DNA of 53,902 nucleotides from the NCBI GenBank assembly GCA_035441405.1, contig DAOROF010000001.1, positions 5,464 to 59,365 on the forward strand, given 5' to 3'. Below the pieces are notes generated by a model. That model worked only from the letters and a program-made list of their open reading frames with translations, searched no databases and was not told the origin of the DNA. This stretch comes from Candidatus Nanopelagicus sp. (GTDB taxonomy: Bacteria > Actinomycetota > Actinomycetes > Nanopelagicales > Nanopelagicaceae). Position 1 is the stretch's first letter. Each line of letters opens with the position of its first letter. Positions 8,760 to 19,997 of the stretch are shown piece after piece. A program made the position numbers and the translations under genes.

Positions 8760-11700
8760 CGAGTAAAAGCCTCAGTCATTAAAGCTTTTTCTTCCTCTTC
8801 ATGCAAATGGTGGTTTCCTGTTGCAGGACTGGCAGTTGCACGTCTGGAAACTCTACGGAATGTTCGATTATTTAATTCTTCATGTGCAACAAATGCCTCA
8901 TGGACCGCTAATGCAACAAATGGCCAAGGACCTTGGTTAGCTGGTTCATCTTGCACCCAAAGCAGTGTGGCATTTGGATGCTTCTTAGCTTCGGCAATAA
9001 TGTCCTCAATCGGAAGTGGGTATAACCGCTCAACTCTTGCAATCGCAGTTGAGTGTTCACCTAATTTATCTCGCTCCGCAATTAAATCGTAGTAAACCTT
9101 TCCCGATGTGAAAATCAATCTTGTTGCATTTGTAACTTTGTCATCTGGAATAAATGACCTAAATTTTCCAGTAGTGAAATCTTTTAACCCACTTGCTGCT
9201 GCCTTTAATCTAAGCATTGATTTTGGCTCAAATACTATTAATGGTCTTCTAGATGGATTTTTCATATGCCAACGCAGTAAATGGAAGTAGGAGGCAGGGG
9301 TTGAAGGTTGAGCAACGGTCATGTTTTGTTCTGCACACAGCGCTAGGAATCTTTCAATGCGTCCGGAGGAATGATCTGGCCCCTGACCTTCGTAACCATG
9401 AGGCAGTAATAGAACTATGGAGGATCTTTCGCCCCACTTTTGCAGGGCAGAAGAGATAAATTCATCGATTACGGTTTGAGCACCATTAGCAAAATCTCCA
9501 AATTGAGCCTCCCAGATAACAAGCGCATCATCACGCTCAACTGAGTATCCATATTCAAATCCCATTACTGCATACTCTGAAAGTAGTGAATCGTAAATGT
9601 GGAATTGATTTGGGTCCTTCACTAATGATCTGAGTGGGAAAAATTCAGCGCCATTCTCCTTATCAATCACAACCGCATGCCTATTACTAAAAGTTCCACG
9701 CCTTACATCTTGGCCACTCATTCTTATTGGATGGCCTTCTAGGAGTAAAGAACCAAAGGCAAACATCTCGCCAGCTGCCCAATCAACCGTTGATTCATCC
9801 AACATCTCTATTCGCTTTAAAAGTTGTGGCAGCAGTTTTGGATGTACTTTGAAATTATCTGGCATTGCAGATTGGGTATTTGCAATCTTACGTAAATCAG
9901 CCTCAGCTACCGCCGTATCAACTATTTTAGGTGATGGCACAACAGGAGCTTTCCAGTTTGGATCACTCTCAGGCTCAGTATTGTGAACCGCAGTAAACAC
10001 ACCCTCTAATTGCTGCTGGTAATCGCGCAAAACCTCTTCAGCCTCTTCGACAGTGATGTCACCTCGACCAATTAATGCCTCGGTATAAAGTTTTCTAGTT
10101 GAACGCTTGGCGTCAATAAGTTTGTACATAAGTGGTTGGGTAAAACTAGGTTCATCACCTTCATTATGGCCTCGTCGACGATAGCAAATCATGTCAATCA
10201 CCACATCTTTATTGAACCTTTGTCGGTATTCAAAAGCTACTTTTGCAATCCGAACACAAGCTTCAGGATCATCGCCATTAACATGAAATACCGGAGCCTG
10301 AATCATCTTTGCAATATCAGTTGAGTAAGTTGAAGATCGTGCAGCATGTGGCGAAGTTGTAAAACCAACTTGGTTATTTACAATAATATGAATCGTGCCA
10401 CCAGTTCGATAACCTTTTAGTAAAGATAATGAAAGAGTTTCAGAAACTACACCTTGACCAGCGAAAGCGGCATCACCATGCAGAAGTATTGGCAAAACTG
10501 GATATGAAGTTTGTTCATCAACTGTTAAATCTCCAGCCTTTGATCTTAATTTATCTTGCTTAGCTCTAACTATTCCCTCTAATACCGGGTTTACTGCCTC
10601 TAAGTGAGAAGGATTTGCTGCTAGATAAATCTTGGTTGTGGCACCAGATTCAGCAGTAAAGGTGCCTTTTGTTCCTAAATGGTACTTAACATCTCCTGAG
10701 CCGTGCACTTCATTGTCTCGATAATTTCCTTCAAACTCCTGGAATATTTGGCCATATGATTTTCCTGCAATATTTGCTAGAACATTTAATCGACCTCGGT
10801 GTGGCATGCCAATACAGACCTCATCTAGACCAGTTTCTGCCGCTGATGAGATAACTGCATCTAGCACTGGAATAACCGACTCTCCACCTTCTAGCGAGAA
10901 TCGTTTTTGGCCAACAAACTTAGTTTGTAAAAATGATTCAAATGCCTCAGCACTATTTAGTTTTCGTAAAATACGAAGCTGTTCATCTCTTGCTGTCCTA
11001 GGAGCACCCACCTCCATTTTTTCCTGAATCCATTTACGCTCTTCTGGATTAGCTATATACATATATTCAACGCCAATTGTGCGGCAGTATGAGTCTCTTA
11101 GAATTCCTAGAATTCTGCGTAACTTCATAAATGGTTTGCCGCCAAATCCACCAGTGGCAAAATCTCTATCAAGATCCCATAGTGATAAACCATGGTTTAC
11201 AACATCTAAATCAGGATGTGATCTTTGCACATAAGCCAAAGGCTCGACGTCGGCCATTAGATGCCCGGTAGTTCTGTAGGCATCGATTAACTTTTGTACC
11301 CGTGCTGTTTTGCTTACATCATCATCTTTCTCAATCTGCATATCAACAACCCAGCGAATTGGTACGTAAGGAATTCGTAGTGCTTCAAAAATTTCATCAT
11401 AGAAGTTTTCTTCGCCTAGTAAAATCTCATGAATTCTTCTTAGGAAATCACCAGATTGAGCCCCTTGAATAATTCTGTGGTCATATGTACTGGTTAAAGT
11501 AACTACCTTACTTATCGCTAGATCAGAAAGTGTTTGCTCGTTTGCGCCATGAAATTCAGCGGGATAATCCAATGCCCCAACACCAAGAATCATTCCTTGA
11601 CCTTGTACCAATCTTGGCACCGAATGCACAGTTCCAATGGTTCCTGGATTTGTTAGAGATAAAGTAGTGCCAGCGAAATCTTCTACAGTTAAAGCACCAT

Positions 11701-12523
11701 TTCTAGCTTTACGCACCACATCTTCATAGGCTGACCAGAATTGAGCAAAATCTAACTCTTCACAACCTTTGATCGAGGGCACTAATAATTGTCTTGACCC
11801 ATCTGCTTTAGCTAAGTCGATAGCAATCCCTAGGTTTATATGTTCAGGATGACCAATTGCAGGTTTACCATCTAATTCGGTAAAGAATGAGTTCATCTCT
11901 GGCATGGCTCTAATTGCTTTAATCATTGCGTAACCAATTAAGTGAGTGAATGAAACTTTTCCACCACGACCACGCTTTAGGTGATTATTAATTACAGTTC
12001 TATTGTCAATCATTAATTTAGCTGGAACTACACGAACACTTGTTGCAGTTGGAACTGCAAGAGAGCCTTCCATTGACTGTACAACACGGGCTCCAACTCC
12101 TCGTATTGGTTCCACTGTTGATGCGCCAGGTGTTATGAGCGTTGGAATTGGTTTTACAACTGGGTCTGCTGGTTTGAAAGAAGTTTTAGATATTTTCTCT
12201 GGTAGATCTATTTTTTTAATTTCTGGTTTGCTTGCTTTAACTGGAGTTTCAACAATTGCTGCGGGCGCAGTTACCGCCTCTGTTACTACTTGTGCTTGCT
12301 GCGACTTAGGAATCGGAGGAGTCCCTGGCTTTGGAGAATTAGATGTAGGTGCATTATTAATGGATTGTGTTCCTTTAAAATCTGAAAAAAAGTCCCACCA
12401 AGCTTTATCAACTGAGGATGGATCACTTTGATAGCGTTCATACATCTCTTGGACAAGCCACTCATTTGGACCAAATGAACCACCAAAGTGGTTAGCGGGC
12501 GTATTAGCTCCTGCTTGGCTCAC
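8756..12523 (-). CDS. kgd: Multifunctional 2-oxoglutarate dehydrogenase/decarboxylase (E2o-E1o fusion)
   Basis: FGPNEWLV N-terminus, acyltransferase-like domain (YDHRIIQGA), E1 motifs GMPHRGRLN, HGDAAF.GQG, GHNEGDEP, WEAQFGDF. Confidence 0.96.
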   Translation of the reverse strand: MSQAGANTPANHFGGSFGPNEWLVQEMYERYQSDPSSVDKAWWDFFSDFKGTQSINNAPTSNSPKPGTPPIPKSQQAQVVTEAVTAPAAIVETPVKASKPEIKKIDLPEKISKTSFKPADPVVKPIPTLITPGASTVEPIRGVGARVVQSMEGSLAVPTATSVRVVPAKLMIDNRTVINNHLKRGRGGKVSFTHLIGYAMIKAIRAMPEMNSFFTELDGKPAIGHPEHINLGIAIDLAKADGSRQLLVPSIKGCEELDFAQFWSAYEDVVRKARNGALTVEDFAGTTLSLTNPGTIGTVHSVPRLVQGQGMILGVGALDYPAEFHGANEQTLSDLAISKVVTLTSTYDHRIIQGAQSGDFLRRIHEILLGEENFYDEIFEALRIPYVPIRWVVDMQIEKDDDVSKTARVQKLIDAYRTTGHLMADVEPLAYVQRSHPDLDVVNHGLSLWDLDRDFATGGFGGKPFMKLRRILGILRDSYCRTIGVEYMYIANPEERKWIQEKMEVGAPRTARDEQLRILRKLNSAEAFESFLQTKFVGQKRFSLEGGESVIPVLDAVISSAAETGLDEVCIGMPHRGRLNVLANIAGKSYGQIFQEFEGNYRDNEVHGSGDVKYHLGTKGTFTAESGATTKIYLAANPSHLEAVNPVLEGIVRAKQDKLRSKAGDLTVDEQTSYPVLPILLHGDAAFAGQGVVSETLSLSLLKGYRTGGTIHIIVNNQVGFTTSPHAARSSTYSTDIAKMIQAPVFHVNGDDPEACVRIAKVAFEYRQRFNKDVVIDMICYRRRGHNEGDEPSFTQPLMYKLIDAKRSTRKLYTEALIGRGDITVEEAEEVLRDYQQQLEGVFTAVHNTEPESDPNWKAPVVPSPKIVDTAVAEADLRKIANTQSAMPDNFKVHPKLLPQLLKRIEMLDESTVDWAAGEMFAFGSLLLEGHPIRMSGQDVRRGTFSNRHAVVIDKENGAEFFPLRSLVKDPNQFHIYDSLLSEYAVMGFEYGYSVERDDALVIWEAQFGDFANGAQTVIDEFISSALQKWGERSSIVLLLPHGYEGQGPDHSSGRIERFLALCAEQNMTVAQPSTPASYFHLLRWHMKNPSRRPLIVFEPKSMLRLKAAASGLKDFTTGKFRSFIPDDKVTNATRLIFTSGKVYYDLIAERDKLGEHSTAIARVERLYPLPIEDIIAEAKKHPNATLLWVQDEPANQGPWPFVALAVHEAFVAHEELNNRTFRRVSRRATASPATGNHHLHEEEEKALMTEAFTR

Positions 12524-12690
12524 CTATTTAACTCCTCATTTAGCTATCTTGAGTTTTATTGTTACAGGTTAATCTTAACTGCCAGAGCCAGGTGATGTAG
12601 CCCGCCTTAGGCATAAGGGTTTAGTAAAAGTGGGCATTCGCACAGGTAAAGGGCTAGCAGTAGACCTTAAAAAGTGGCAAAGATAGCCCC

Positions 12691-13419
12691 ATGAATCCAA
12701 ATATGAAGTGGGCGATAGTTACTGGTGGATCTCGGGGGCTTGGATATGAAACTGCCAAAGCTCTCATCTTGGCTGGATTTTTTGTTTACATAATTGGTAA
12801 AGATGAAGAGCGTGCCCAACAAAGTGCCAATGTACTTGGTTGTAAGTATCGAGCAGTTGATGTGGCAGATAGTGAAAAATTTCGACAAGTTTTAAAAGAG
12901 ATAAATCTAGATGCAGCAACTAATGGATTAGGCATACTCGATGTTTTGGTTTTAGCTCATGGAGTTATGAGCGAAAAAATGTCTAAAACTTTAAGGACAG
13001 ATGATGCCGAATGGCGCCGTACGTTATCTATAAATTTAGATGCTGTCTTTACCGCAGTTAATGAGTTAGCTCCTGCTATGACTGAGGCTAGAAAAGGTAG
13101 AGTTGTGATTTATTCTGCTTGTTTAGGAAGAATGTCAGGACCTGGAACTCATGGAGGACTTGCACCATATCGAATTAGCAAAGCAGGAGTTAATGCTTTT
13201 GTTAAAAATCTATCCTACGAAACTGGTTTAGGAGCAAGAGGATTTTTAGTTGATGCTATTTGTCCAGGCCATTGTCGAACCGATATGGGTGGACCAGATG
13301 CGCCTAGGAGTGCACAAGAGGGCGCTGAAACTGCAATCTGGTTAGCCACAAGAGCATTTGATCCCACAAAAGATAAAACTGGTTTACTTTGGGAAGACCG
13401 TCAAATAGTTGATTGGTAA
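12691..13419 (+). CDS. Short-chain dehydrogenase/reductase
   Basis: TGGSRGLG Rossmann motif, YRISK catalytic YxxxK, CPGHCRTDMGG typical of the carbonyl-reductase-like subgroup. Confidence 0.9.
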   Translation: MNPNMKWAIVTGGSRGLGYETAKALILAGFFVYIIGKDEERAQQSANVLGCKYRAVDVADSEKFRQVLKEINLDAATNGLGILDVLVLAHGVMSEKMSKTLRTDDAEWRRTLSINLDAVFTAVNELAPAMTEARKGRVVIYSACLGRMSGPGTHGGLAPYRISKAGVNAFVKNLSYETGLGARGFLVDAICPGHCRTDMGGPDAPRSAQEGAETAIWLATRAFDPTKDKTGLLWEDRQIVDW

Positions 13420-13794
13420 TTACTCTTTATAGCCAAGGGCGGCAGAGATAATTGTTATTAAAGATAGAAACAGCAATGGCACTCCAACAATTAAAAAGTT
13501 TCCAGTGATCATGTAATAAGAAACACCAAGTGCAATTAAGTTAGCTAAAACTGCTGGTGCTCGACCGAAAGAGCGAGCTTTTTGAAAACCAATTGCACAC
13601 CCCCAGAGCCCTGCAGCACCAAGAGCTCCAAACACTATTTCGGCCGATAAGGCCGCAGGTACGCTCACGGTTGAAATGAGTGGTGCCACTAAAAGATAAA
13701 TTACTATTCCTAACAGGAGCAAGGATTCAAATTTCAACAGCACAATCGCTCTTTTTCTACTACTTTCTAAAGAAAAAAATCTTTTCATATTCAC
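13420..13794 (-). CDS. Hypothetical integral membrane protein (about 4 TM)
   Basis: Four hydrophobic stretches; R.FGRAPAV motif; GTG start 6 nt behind TAGTAT. Confidence 0.7.
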   Translation of the reverse strand: MNMKRFFSLESSRKRAIVLLKFESLLLLGIVIYLLVAPLISTVSVPAALSAEIVFGALGAAGLWGCAIGFQKARSFGRAPAVLANLIALGVSYYMITGNFLIVGVPLLFLSLITIISAALGYKE

Positions 13795-13821
13795 ACTTAA
13801 ATACTACCCTTTCTTGTCATA

Positions 13822-14304
13822 ATGAATAATTATTTAGATCAAGTCCGAGAAGTATTTTTCATCAATAATGGGGAGATAGACCTATTAACTGGCTCAAGTG
13901 CACCTAATTTATTTAATCAATTAGTTAAAAGAGATATTCAACTTGCCGGCAGAAATAACGCTCAACTAAGTATCATTTCATTGAGTGTTTGTTTAGATAG
14001 ATTTGTACTATCTCTTGGACAAGAAAGCCTTAGATTAGATTTAGAAGAGGCATTAATTAAAACATTTTTTGAACTAAAGCAAATTTTTCGAGATTCTGAT
14101 TGTATTAGTCGAGTATCCCAGCTGGGATTTTGGGTATTAGTAACTGGCTTAAATGAAGATTCATGTGAAAAAATGCTATCTAGAATCTCGCAATCAATAC
14201 CTACCTACTTTGATTTGAGCATTTGCCATCGGCAAATTAATCAGAATCAGTTGGATTGGTATTCAAAAATTGATGAGTTGCACTTTAAAAGTAACCTTAA
14301 GTAA
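13822..14304 (+). CDS. Degenerate GGDEF-domain protein
   Basis: DLLTG N-terminal motif, LSIISL strand, R-D-S-D-C-I-S-R-V-SQLGF-WVL aligning to RxxDxxxRxGGDEFxxL with the signature replaced. Confidence 0.6.
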   Translation: MNNYLDQVREVFFINNGEIDLLTGSSAPNLFNQLVKRDIQLAGRNNAQLSIISLSVCLDRFVLSLGQESLRLDLEEALIKTFFELKQIFRDSDCISRVSQLGFWVLVTGLNEDSCEKMLSRISQSIPTYFDLSICHRQINQNQLDWYSKIDELHFKSNLK

Positions 14305-14378
14305 GACTGAGCTATCACAAAGTAATAAGTAAATACACAGCCCAATAAAACTAAGCGATTAGCCTAAATAATAGGCAA

Positions 14379-15401
14379 ATGGATAAAAAATCTAATCAGT
14401 TAAATACTTTTGGACCACTGCAGGAGTTAATCGAAGATCCAGAGGTAGAGGAGATATGGATAAATTCTCCGAGTCGAGTATTTGTTGCTCGAGGTGGGCA
14501 GAGTCAGTTAACAAATCTGATTTTATCTAAAGATGTTGTACATAATTTAATTGAACGATTACTAATTTGGGGTGGCCGCAGACTTGATGTCAGTACACCA
14601 TTTGTCGATGCCCGCTTGCCAGATGGCAGTAGGTTACATGTTGCAATACCTGAAGTTACTGCCTCTGAATGGGCGATCAATATACGAAAACATTTAGGGA
14701 AAGCAAATAATTTCCAAGAGTTGGTAAATCTTGGATCAATTAATCAGGAAATGGCTGAGCTAATTAGTAAAGCAGTTGATCTTGGATTGAATATCTTAGT
14801 TAGTGGTGGAACCCAGGCTGGCAAAACCACATTTCTAAATGCTCTTTTAGGTCAAATCTCAACTAATGAAAGAGTTATAACTATTGAAGAAGTCTTTGAA
14901 TTAAAACCAAACTTGCCAGACTGGATTGCACTGCAAACAAGAACTGCAAATTTGGAGGGTGAAGGCGAGATTTCTCTTCGCCGATTAATTAAGGAATCAC
15001 TACGCATGCGACCAAACAGAATTATCGTAGGTGAGGTGAGGGAAGCAGAAGCATTAGATTTATTAGTTGCTCTAAATTCAGGGCTTCCAGGCATGGCAAC
15101 ACTGCACGCTAATTCAGTCCGAGGTGCAATAAATAAGCTGCAATTGTTGCCCTTGTTAGCCGGAGAAAATATCTCACAAAAATTTATTACGCCAACTATT
15201 GCAAGCAGTGTAGATCTAGTAATTCAGTGCTCTTTAGATAATAACGGGGTAAGAAGGGTGTCTGAAGTTGCAGCTATCAGCGGAAGATGTGAAGACTCAA
15301 TAATTGAAATTGACTCCATATTTAAATGGAATGGTGAAAGCATTATCAAAGGTTTAGGTAATCTAGAAACTTTAATTTCAAAGCGAAATTATATTAACTG
15401 A
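14379..15401 (+). CDS. cpaF: CpaF/TadA family pilus assembly ATPase
   Basis: PFVDARLPDGSRL, Walker A GGTQAGKTT, LRMRPNRIIVGEVR, TLHANS. Confidence 0.92.
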   Translation: MDKKSNQLNTFGPLQELIEDPEVEEIWINSPSRVFVARGGQSQLTNLILSKDVVHNLIERLLIWGGRRLDVSTPFVDARLPDGSRLHVAIPEVTASEWAINIRKHLGKANNFQELVNLGSINQEMAELISKAVDLGLNILVSGGTQAGKTTFLNALLGQISTNERVITIEEVFELKPNLPDWIALQTRTANLEGEGEISLRRLIKESLRMRPNRIIVGEVREAEALDLLVALNSGLPGMATLHANSVRGAINKLQLLPLLAGENISQKFITPTIASSVDLVIQCSLDNNGVRRVSEVAAISGRCEDSIIEIDSIFKWNGESIIKGLGNLETLISKRNYIN

Positions 15402-16063
15402 TGAGTTTTTTCACATTAATTACCATCACTCTGATTATTTCACTTGCTTCTGTTATGGCCTTTAAGAAGTATGAATCAAATAAAATTGCACTAAATCGTT
15501 CAAATGCTTGGCCAGAGGTTTTAGATCTAATCATTGCGTCGCTGCAATCAGGAGCTTCAATCTCAGAGAGTTTATCTGCTATCGGAAAGGTTGGACCTGC
15601 CTTTATTAGAGAGCCATTTTTAGTTTTCTCTACAAAAATCGAGTCTGGCGAAAGATTTGAGGCGGCACTGAATTATTTAAAAAATGAGTTTGCAGATCCA
15701 ATCACAGACCAACTCTTTGAGGCACTCTATTTTGCATCTATGTTTGGCAGTAGAAATAGCATAAAAGTATTAAGAGAATTGTCAGAATATGTTTCGTCAG
15801 ATCTGGCATTAAGAGGTGAGATTCAAATTAGATTTGGCTGGATTAGAAACTCAGCAAATTTAGCTGCAGTTGCTCCATGGTTACTCTTTTTAATTTTAAG
15901 AACACAAGAAAATGCCAGAAATGCATATGCGCAACCAGCAGGCCAAACCATAATCATTCTAGGTGTGCTAACGACCTTCCTGGCTTATCTTTGGATGCAG
16001 AAAATCGCCAAACTGCCCAAGTCTAAAAGATTATTCACATTAGAAATGTCACCAAATGAGTAA
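15401..16063 (+). CDS. tadB: TadB-like type II secretion F-domain membrane protein
   Basis: WPEVLDLI...LQSGASI.ESL T2SSF motif, N-terminal and two C-terminal TM helices; coupled to cpaF. Confidence 0.8.
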   Translation: MSFFTLITITLIISLASVMAFKKYESNKIALNRSNAWPEVLDLIIASLQSGASISESLSAIGKVGPAFIREPFLVFSTKIESGERFEAALNYLKNEFADPITDQLFEALYFASMFGSRNSIKVLRELSEYVSSDLALRGEIQIRFGWIRNSANLAAVAPWLLFLILRTQENARNAYAQPAGQTIIILGVLTTFLAYLWMQKIAKLPKSKRLFTLEMSPNE

Positions 16064-16673
16064 GATTAATTTGTATAGTTTTATTCTTGTTGCCCCTGCG
16101 ATAATTTTTTCTGTCAGACTAATCTTAGAAGAAGTAGCTAATATGCTTGCAATATCTGATTATGCAAAACAATTAAATTGGATTAATCAACTGATAAGAA
16201 AAATCACCCGGACTGAGGTAAAGCAGAGTGAAATAAATGCAGAATTAGTAAGTATCCTTCAAATGCTATCGATAATGGTTTCAGCTGGTGAAAGCCCAAT
16301 GTCTGCCATGAAGTATGTTTCAAAAAGATCTGAAGGGATTTTACCTAGTTTAATTAAGCAAAGTTTTAGGAAGTATGAAGATGGCAGAACTCTTACTCAG
16401 ACACTTGATTTTATTGCAACCGCTACTGGTTCTTCGCAAGTAAGGAGATTAACTAACTCGATTCAAATAGCAATTCATCGAGGAACTCCAATCCTAGAAG
16501 TTCTTAATAACCAAGTACTTGCCCTAAATAAGCAGATCAACTTCAATTTAATGAAGCTCTCGGGAAAGAGCGAGATAACCTTATTAATTCCAGTAGTGTT
16601 TTTGATCCTGCCAGTTTCAATAAGTTTTGCAATTTGGCCCTCAATCTATGGCTTAAACCAAGCGGGGTTTTAG
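16056..16673 (+). CDS. tadC: TadC-like type II secretion F-domain membrane protein
   Basis: VSAGESP, RGTPI.EVL, GKSEI.LLIPVVFLILP C-terminal motif. Confidence 0.8.
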   Translation: MSKINLYSFILVAPAIIFSVRLILEEVANMLAISDYAKQLNWINQLIRKITRTEVKQSEINAELVSILQMLSIMVSAGESPMSAMKYVSKRSEGILPSLIKQSFRKYEDGRTLTQTLDFIATATGSSQVRRLTNSIQIAIHRGTPILEVLNNQVLALNKQINFNLMKLSGKSEITLLIPVVFLILPVSISFAIWPSIYGLNQAGF

Positions 16674-16686
16674 TGTAAAAGGTTAG

Positions 16687-18033
<1,347 letters not shown>

Positions 18034-18058
18034 CTGAATCTAAAGTAGTATTGGGATC

Positions 18059-18181
18059 AATGTTTCCGGGGGTCGGTGCAATTCCGAACCGGCGGTAAAA
18101 GTCCGCGACCCAAATGAAATTCATTTGGTTGACTTGGTGAAACTCCGAGACCGACAGTTAAAGTCTGGATAAAGGAACATT
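18059..18181 (+). ncRNA. FMN riboswitch (RFN element)
   Basis: Conserved blocks GGGTCGGTGCAATTCCGAACCGGCGGT, AGTCCGCGA, GACTTGGTGAAACTCCGAGACCGACAGTTAAAGTCTGGAT; P1 ATGTTTCC/GGAACAT lies next to the AGGAG SD of the downstream gene. Confidence 0.95.
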
Positions 18182-18194
18182 TAGGAGATGACTC

Positions 18195-18869
18195 ATGTCC
18201 ATTTTAGAATGGCTATTTGAAGCACAGATTGAATTTGGAAGTAAATCAATTTCTTATCGGGAGATAATTGGTGGGTTACTTGGATTATCCAGTGCTGTAC
18301 TGGGATTAAAACGCAAAGTTTGGGCTTGGCCAGTTGGAATAACTGGAGATGCACTTTTATTCACAGTATTTCTAGGTGCTGTATTCTCATTTGGTGCCGA
18401 TGATCAAGAAAAGAATTTCTATGGCCAAGCTGGCAGAAACTTATTATTAATTTTTGTGAGTATTTACGGCTGGATTCGTTGGCGCCAACATAAAAAATCA
18501 GGTGCTCCTGGAACACCTGCAGTAGTACCAAGGTGGACTACGACTAAAGAAAAAATGATATTAGTTCCAGGAATTGTTATTTTTTACACACTTGCATATC
18601 AATTGTTTAAATCCTTAGGTCAAACCGGAACCTGGTTAGCGGTGGATACTTGGATATTTACCGGTACGGCTCTGGCTACCTTTGGTATGAGCAGAGGATA
18701 CGTTGAATTTTGGTTGGTATGGGTAGCGGTGGATTTAGTTGGAGTGCCTTTTGCGTTTAGTAATGGTTACTATCCAACTGGAACACTTTATGCAATTTAT
18801 CTTCCATTTGTAATCTGGGGTTTTATATCCTGGCTAAAAATTTCAAAAAAAGAGAAAGCAACTTATTAG
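18195..18869 (+). CDS. pnuX: PnuC-family riboflavin transporter (PnuX/RibM type)
   Basis: PnuC motifs VWAWPVG, YGW.RW, EFWLVW.AVD.VGVP; controlled by an FMN riboswitch, hence riboflavin rather than NR specificity. Confidence 0.85.
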   Translation: MSILEWLFEAQIEFGSKSISYREIIGGLLGLSSAVLGLKRKVWAWPVGITGDALLFTVFLGAVFSFGADDQEKNFYGQAGRNLLLIFVSIYGWIRWRQHKKSGAPGTPAVVPRWTTTKEKMILVPGIVIFYTLAYQLFKSLGQTGTWLAVDTWIFTGTALATFGMSRGYVEFWLVWVAVDLVGVPFAFSNGYYPTGTLYAIYLPFVIWGFISWLKISKKEKATY

Positions 18870-18878
18870 TTAATACTT

Positions 18879-18910
18879 AAAATGGGCCAATCTTTCAATT
18901 GGCCCATTTT
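18879..18910. terminator. Bidirectional intrinsic terminator between pnuX and pirin
   Basis: AAAATGGGCCAAT-CTTTCA-ATTGGCCCATTTT perfect 13-bp stem with A/T tails, between convergent genes. Confidence 0.85.
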
Positions 18911-19960
18911 TTAACTTTCTTGTAGATCTACTGGCGTACCATGCACGCCAGCTATATCCCCGCCCAACTTATATCCAATGCCGTCTCTTTGATTTGGGCG
19001 CTTAGATTTACTCCAATCAGGTGGCACTGTTCCAAGAACTCCTTTTTGAAAATCATCAAAAGCTTTTAAAACTTCTGATTTAGTATTCATCACAAATGGG
19101 CCCATCCAGGCAACCGGCTCTTTAATCGGTAGTCCACCTAAAATTAAAACATCCAATGTTGGAGATCTAGATTCTTGATTTTTATCGGCTGCGATGACAA
19201 TTAAATCACCATCTCGATAGGTGACTAATTGACCAGTAGCAATTGGATGTTTTTCATCTCCAACTGAACCAAAACCATTTAGTACATACGCTAATGCGTT
19301 GTAATTTTGATTCCAAGGTAATCTTAGTTCTGCTCCTGGTTGTAAGGTTGCATGCACTAATGAAATTGGAGTTTGAGTTGCACCAGGTCCGTTATGTCCG
19401 CCAACCTCTCCTGCAATAACTCTAAGTAACGCCCCACCATCTTCAGAGGATAAAAGTGCCACATCTGAAGCAACTAAATGTTGGTAGGCAGGAGGGGACC
19501 ATTTTTTTGCAGCCGGCAAATTTACCCACAATTGAAAACCATGAAATAACCCACCACTAACTACTAAGTGTTCAGGTGGAGTTTCAATGTGCAAAATTCC
19601 ACTTCCAGCGGTCATCCACTGGGTATCACCATCAGAAATAGTTCCACCACCACCATGGTTGTCATAGTGATCAAAGATTCCATCAATTATGTATGTGACT
19701 GTTTCAAATCCTCGATGCGGGTGCCAAGGCGTACCTTTAGGTTCACCGGGAGCGTACTCAACCTCACCCATTTGATCTAAGTGAATAAATGGATCTAAGT
19801 CTGCTAAATCAACACCTGCAAATGCTCTTCTAACCGGAAAACCTTCACCCTCGTGCCCTTGAGGAGCTGTTGTAATACTTTTGACTCTACGTGCTCGAGC
19901 TAATGGATCTGAAACTACGCGAGGTAGGACAGTTATATCTTTAACAGTTACTGCTGGCAA
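18911..19960 (-). CDS. Pirin family protein
   Basis: EGEGFPVRRA, DPFIHLD, HPHRGFETVTY, QWMTAGSGILHIE, QLWVNLP, GPFVMNT; TTG start with AGGAG SD. Confidence 0.93.
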   Translation of the reverse strand: MPAVTVKDITVLPRVVSDPLARARRVKSITTAPQGHEGEGFPVRRAFAGVDLADLDPFIHLDQMGEVEYAPGEPKGTPWHPHRGFETVTYIIDGIFDHYDNHGGGGTISDGDTQWMTAGSGILHIETPPEHLVVSGGLFHGFQLWVNLPAAKKWSPPAYQHLVASDVALLSSEDGGALLRVIAGEVGGHNGPGATQTPISLVHATLQPGAELRLPWNQNYNALAYVLNGFGSVGDEKHPIATGQLVTYRDGDLIVIAADKNQESRSPTLDVLILGGLPIKEPVAWMGPFVMNTKSEVLKAFDDFQKGVLGTVPPDWSKSKRPNQRDGIGYKLGGDIAGVHGTPVDLQES

Positions 19961-19997
19961 AGTTTCTCCTATACATAGAAAAGTGTATAAATCTTAT

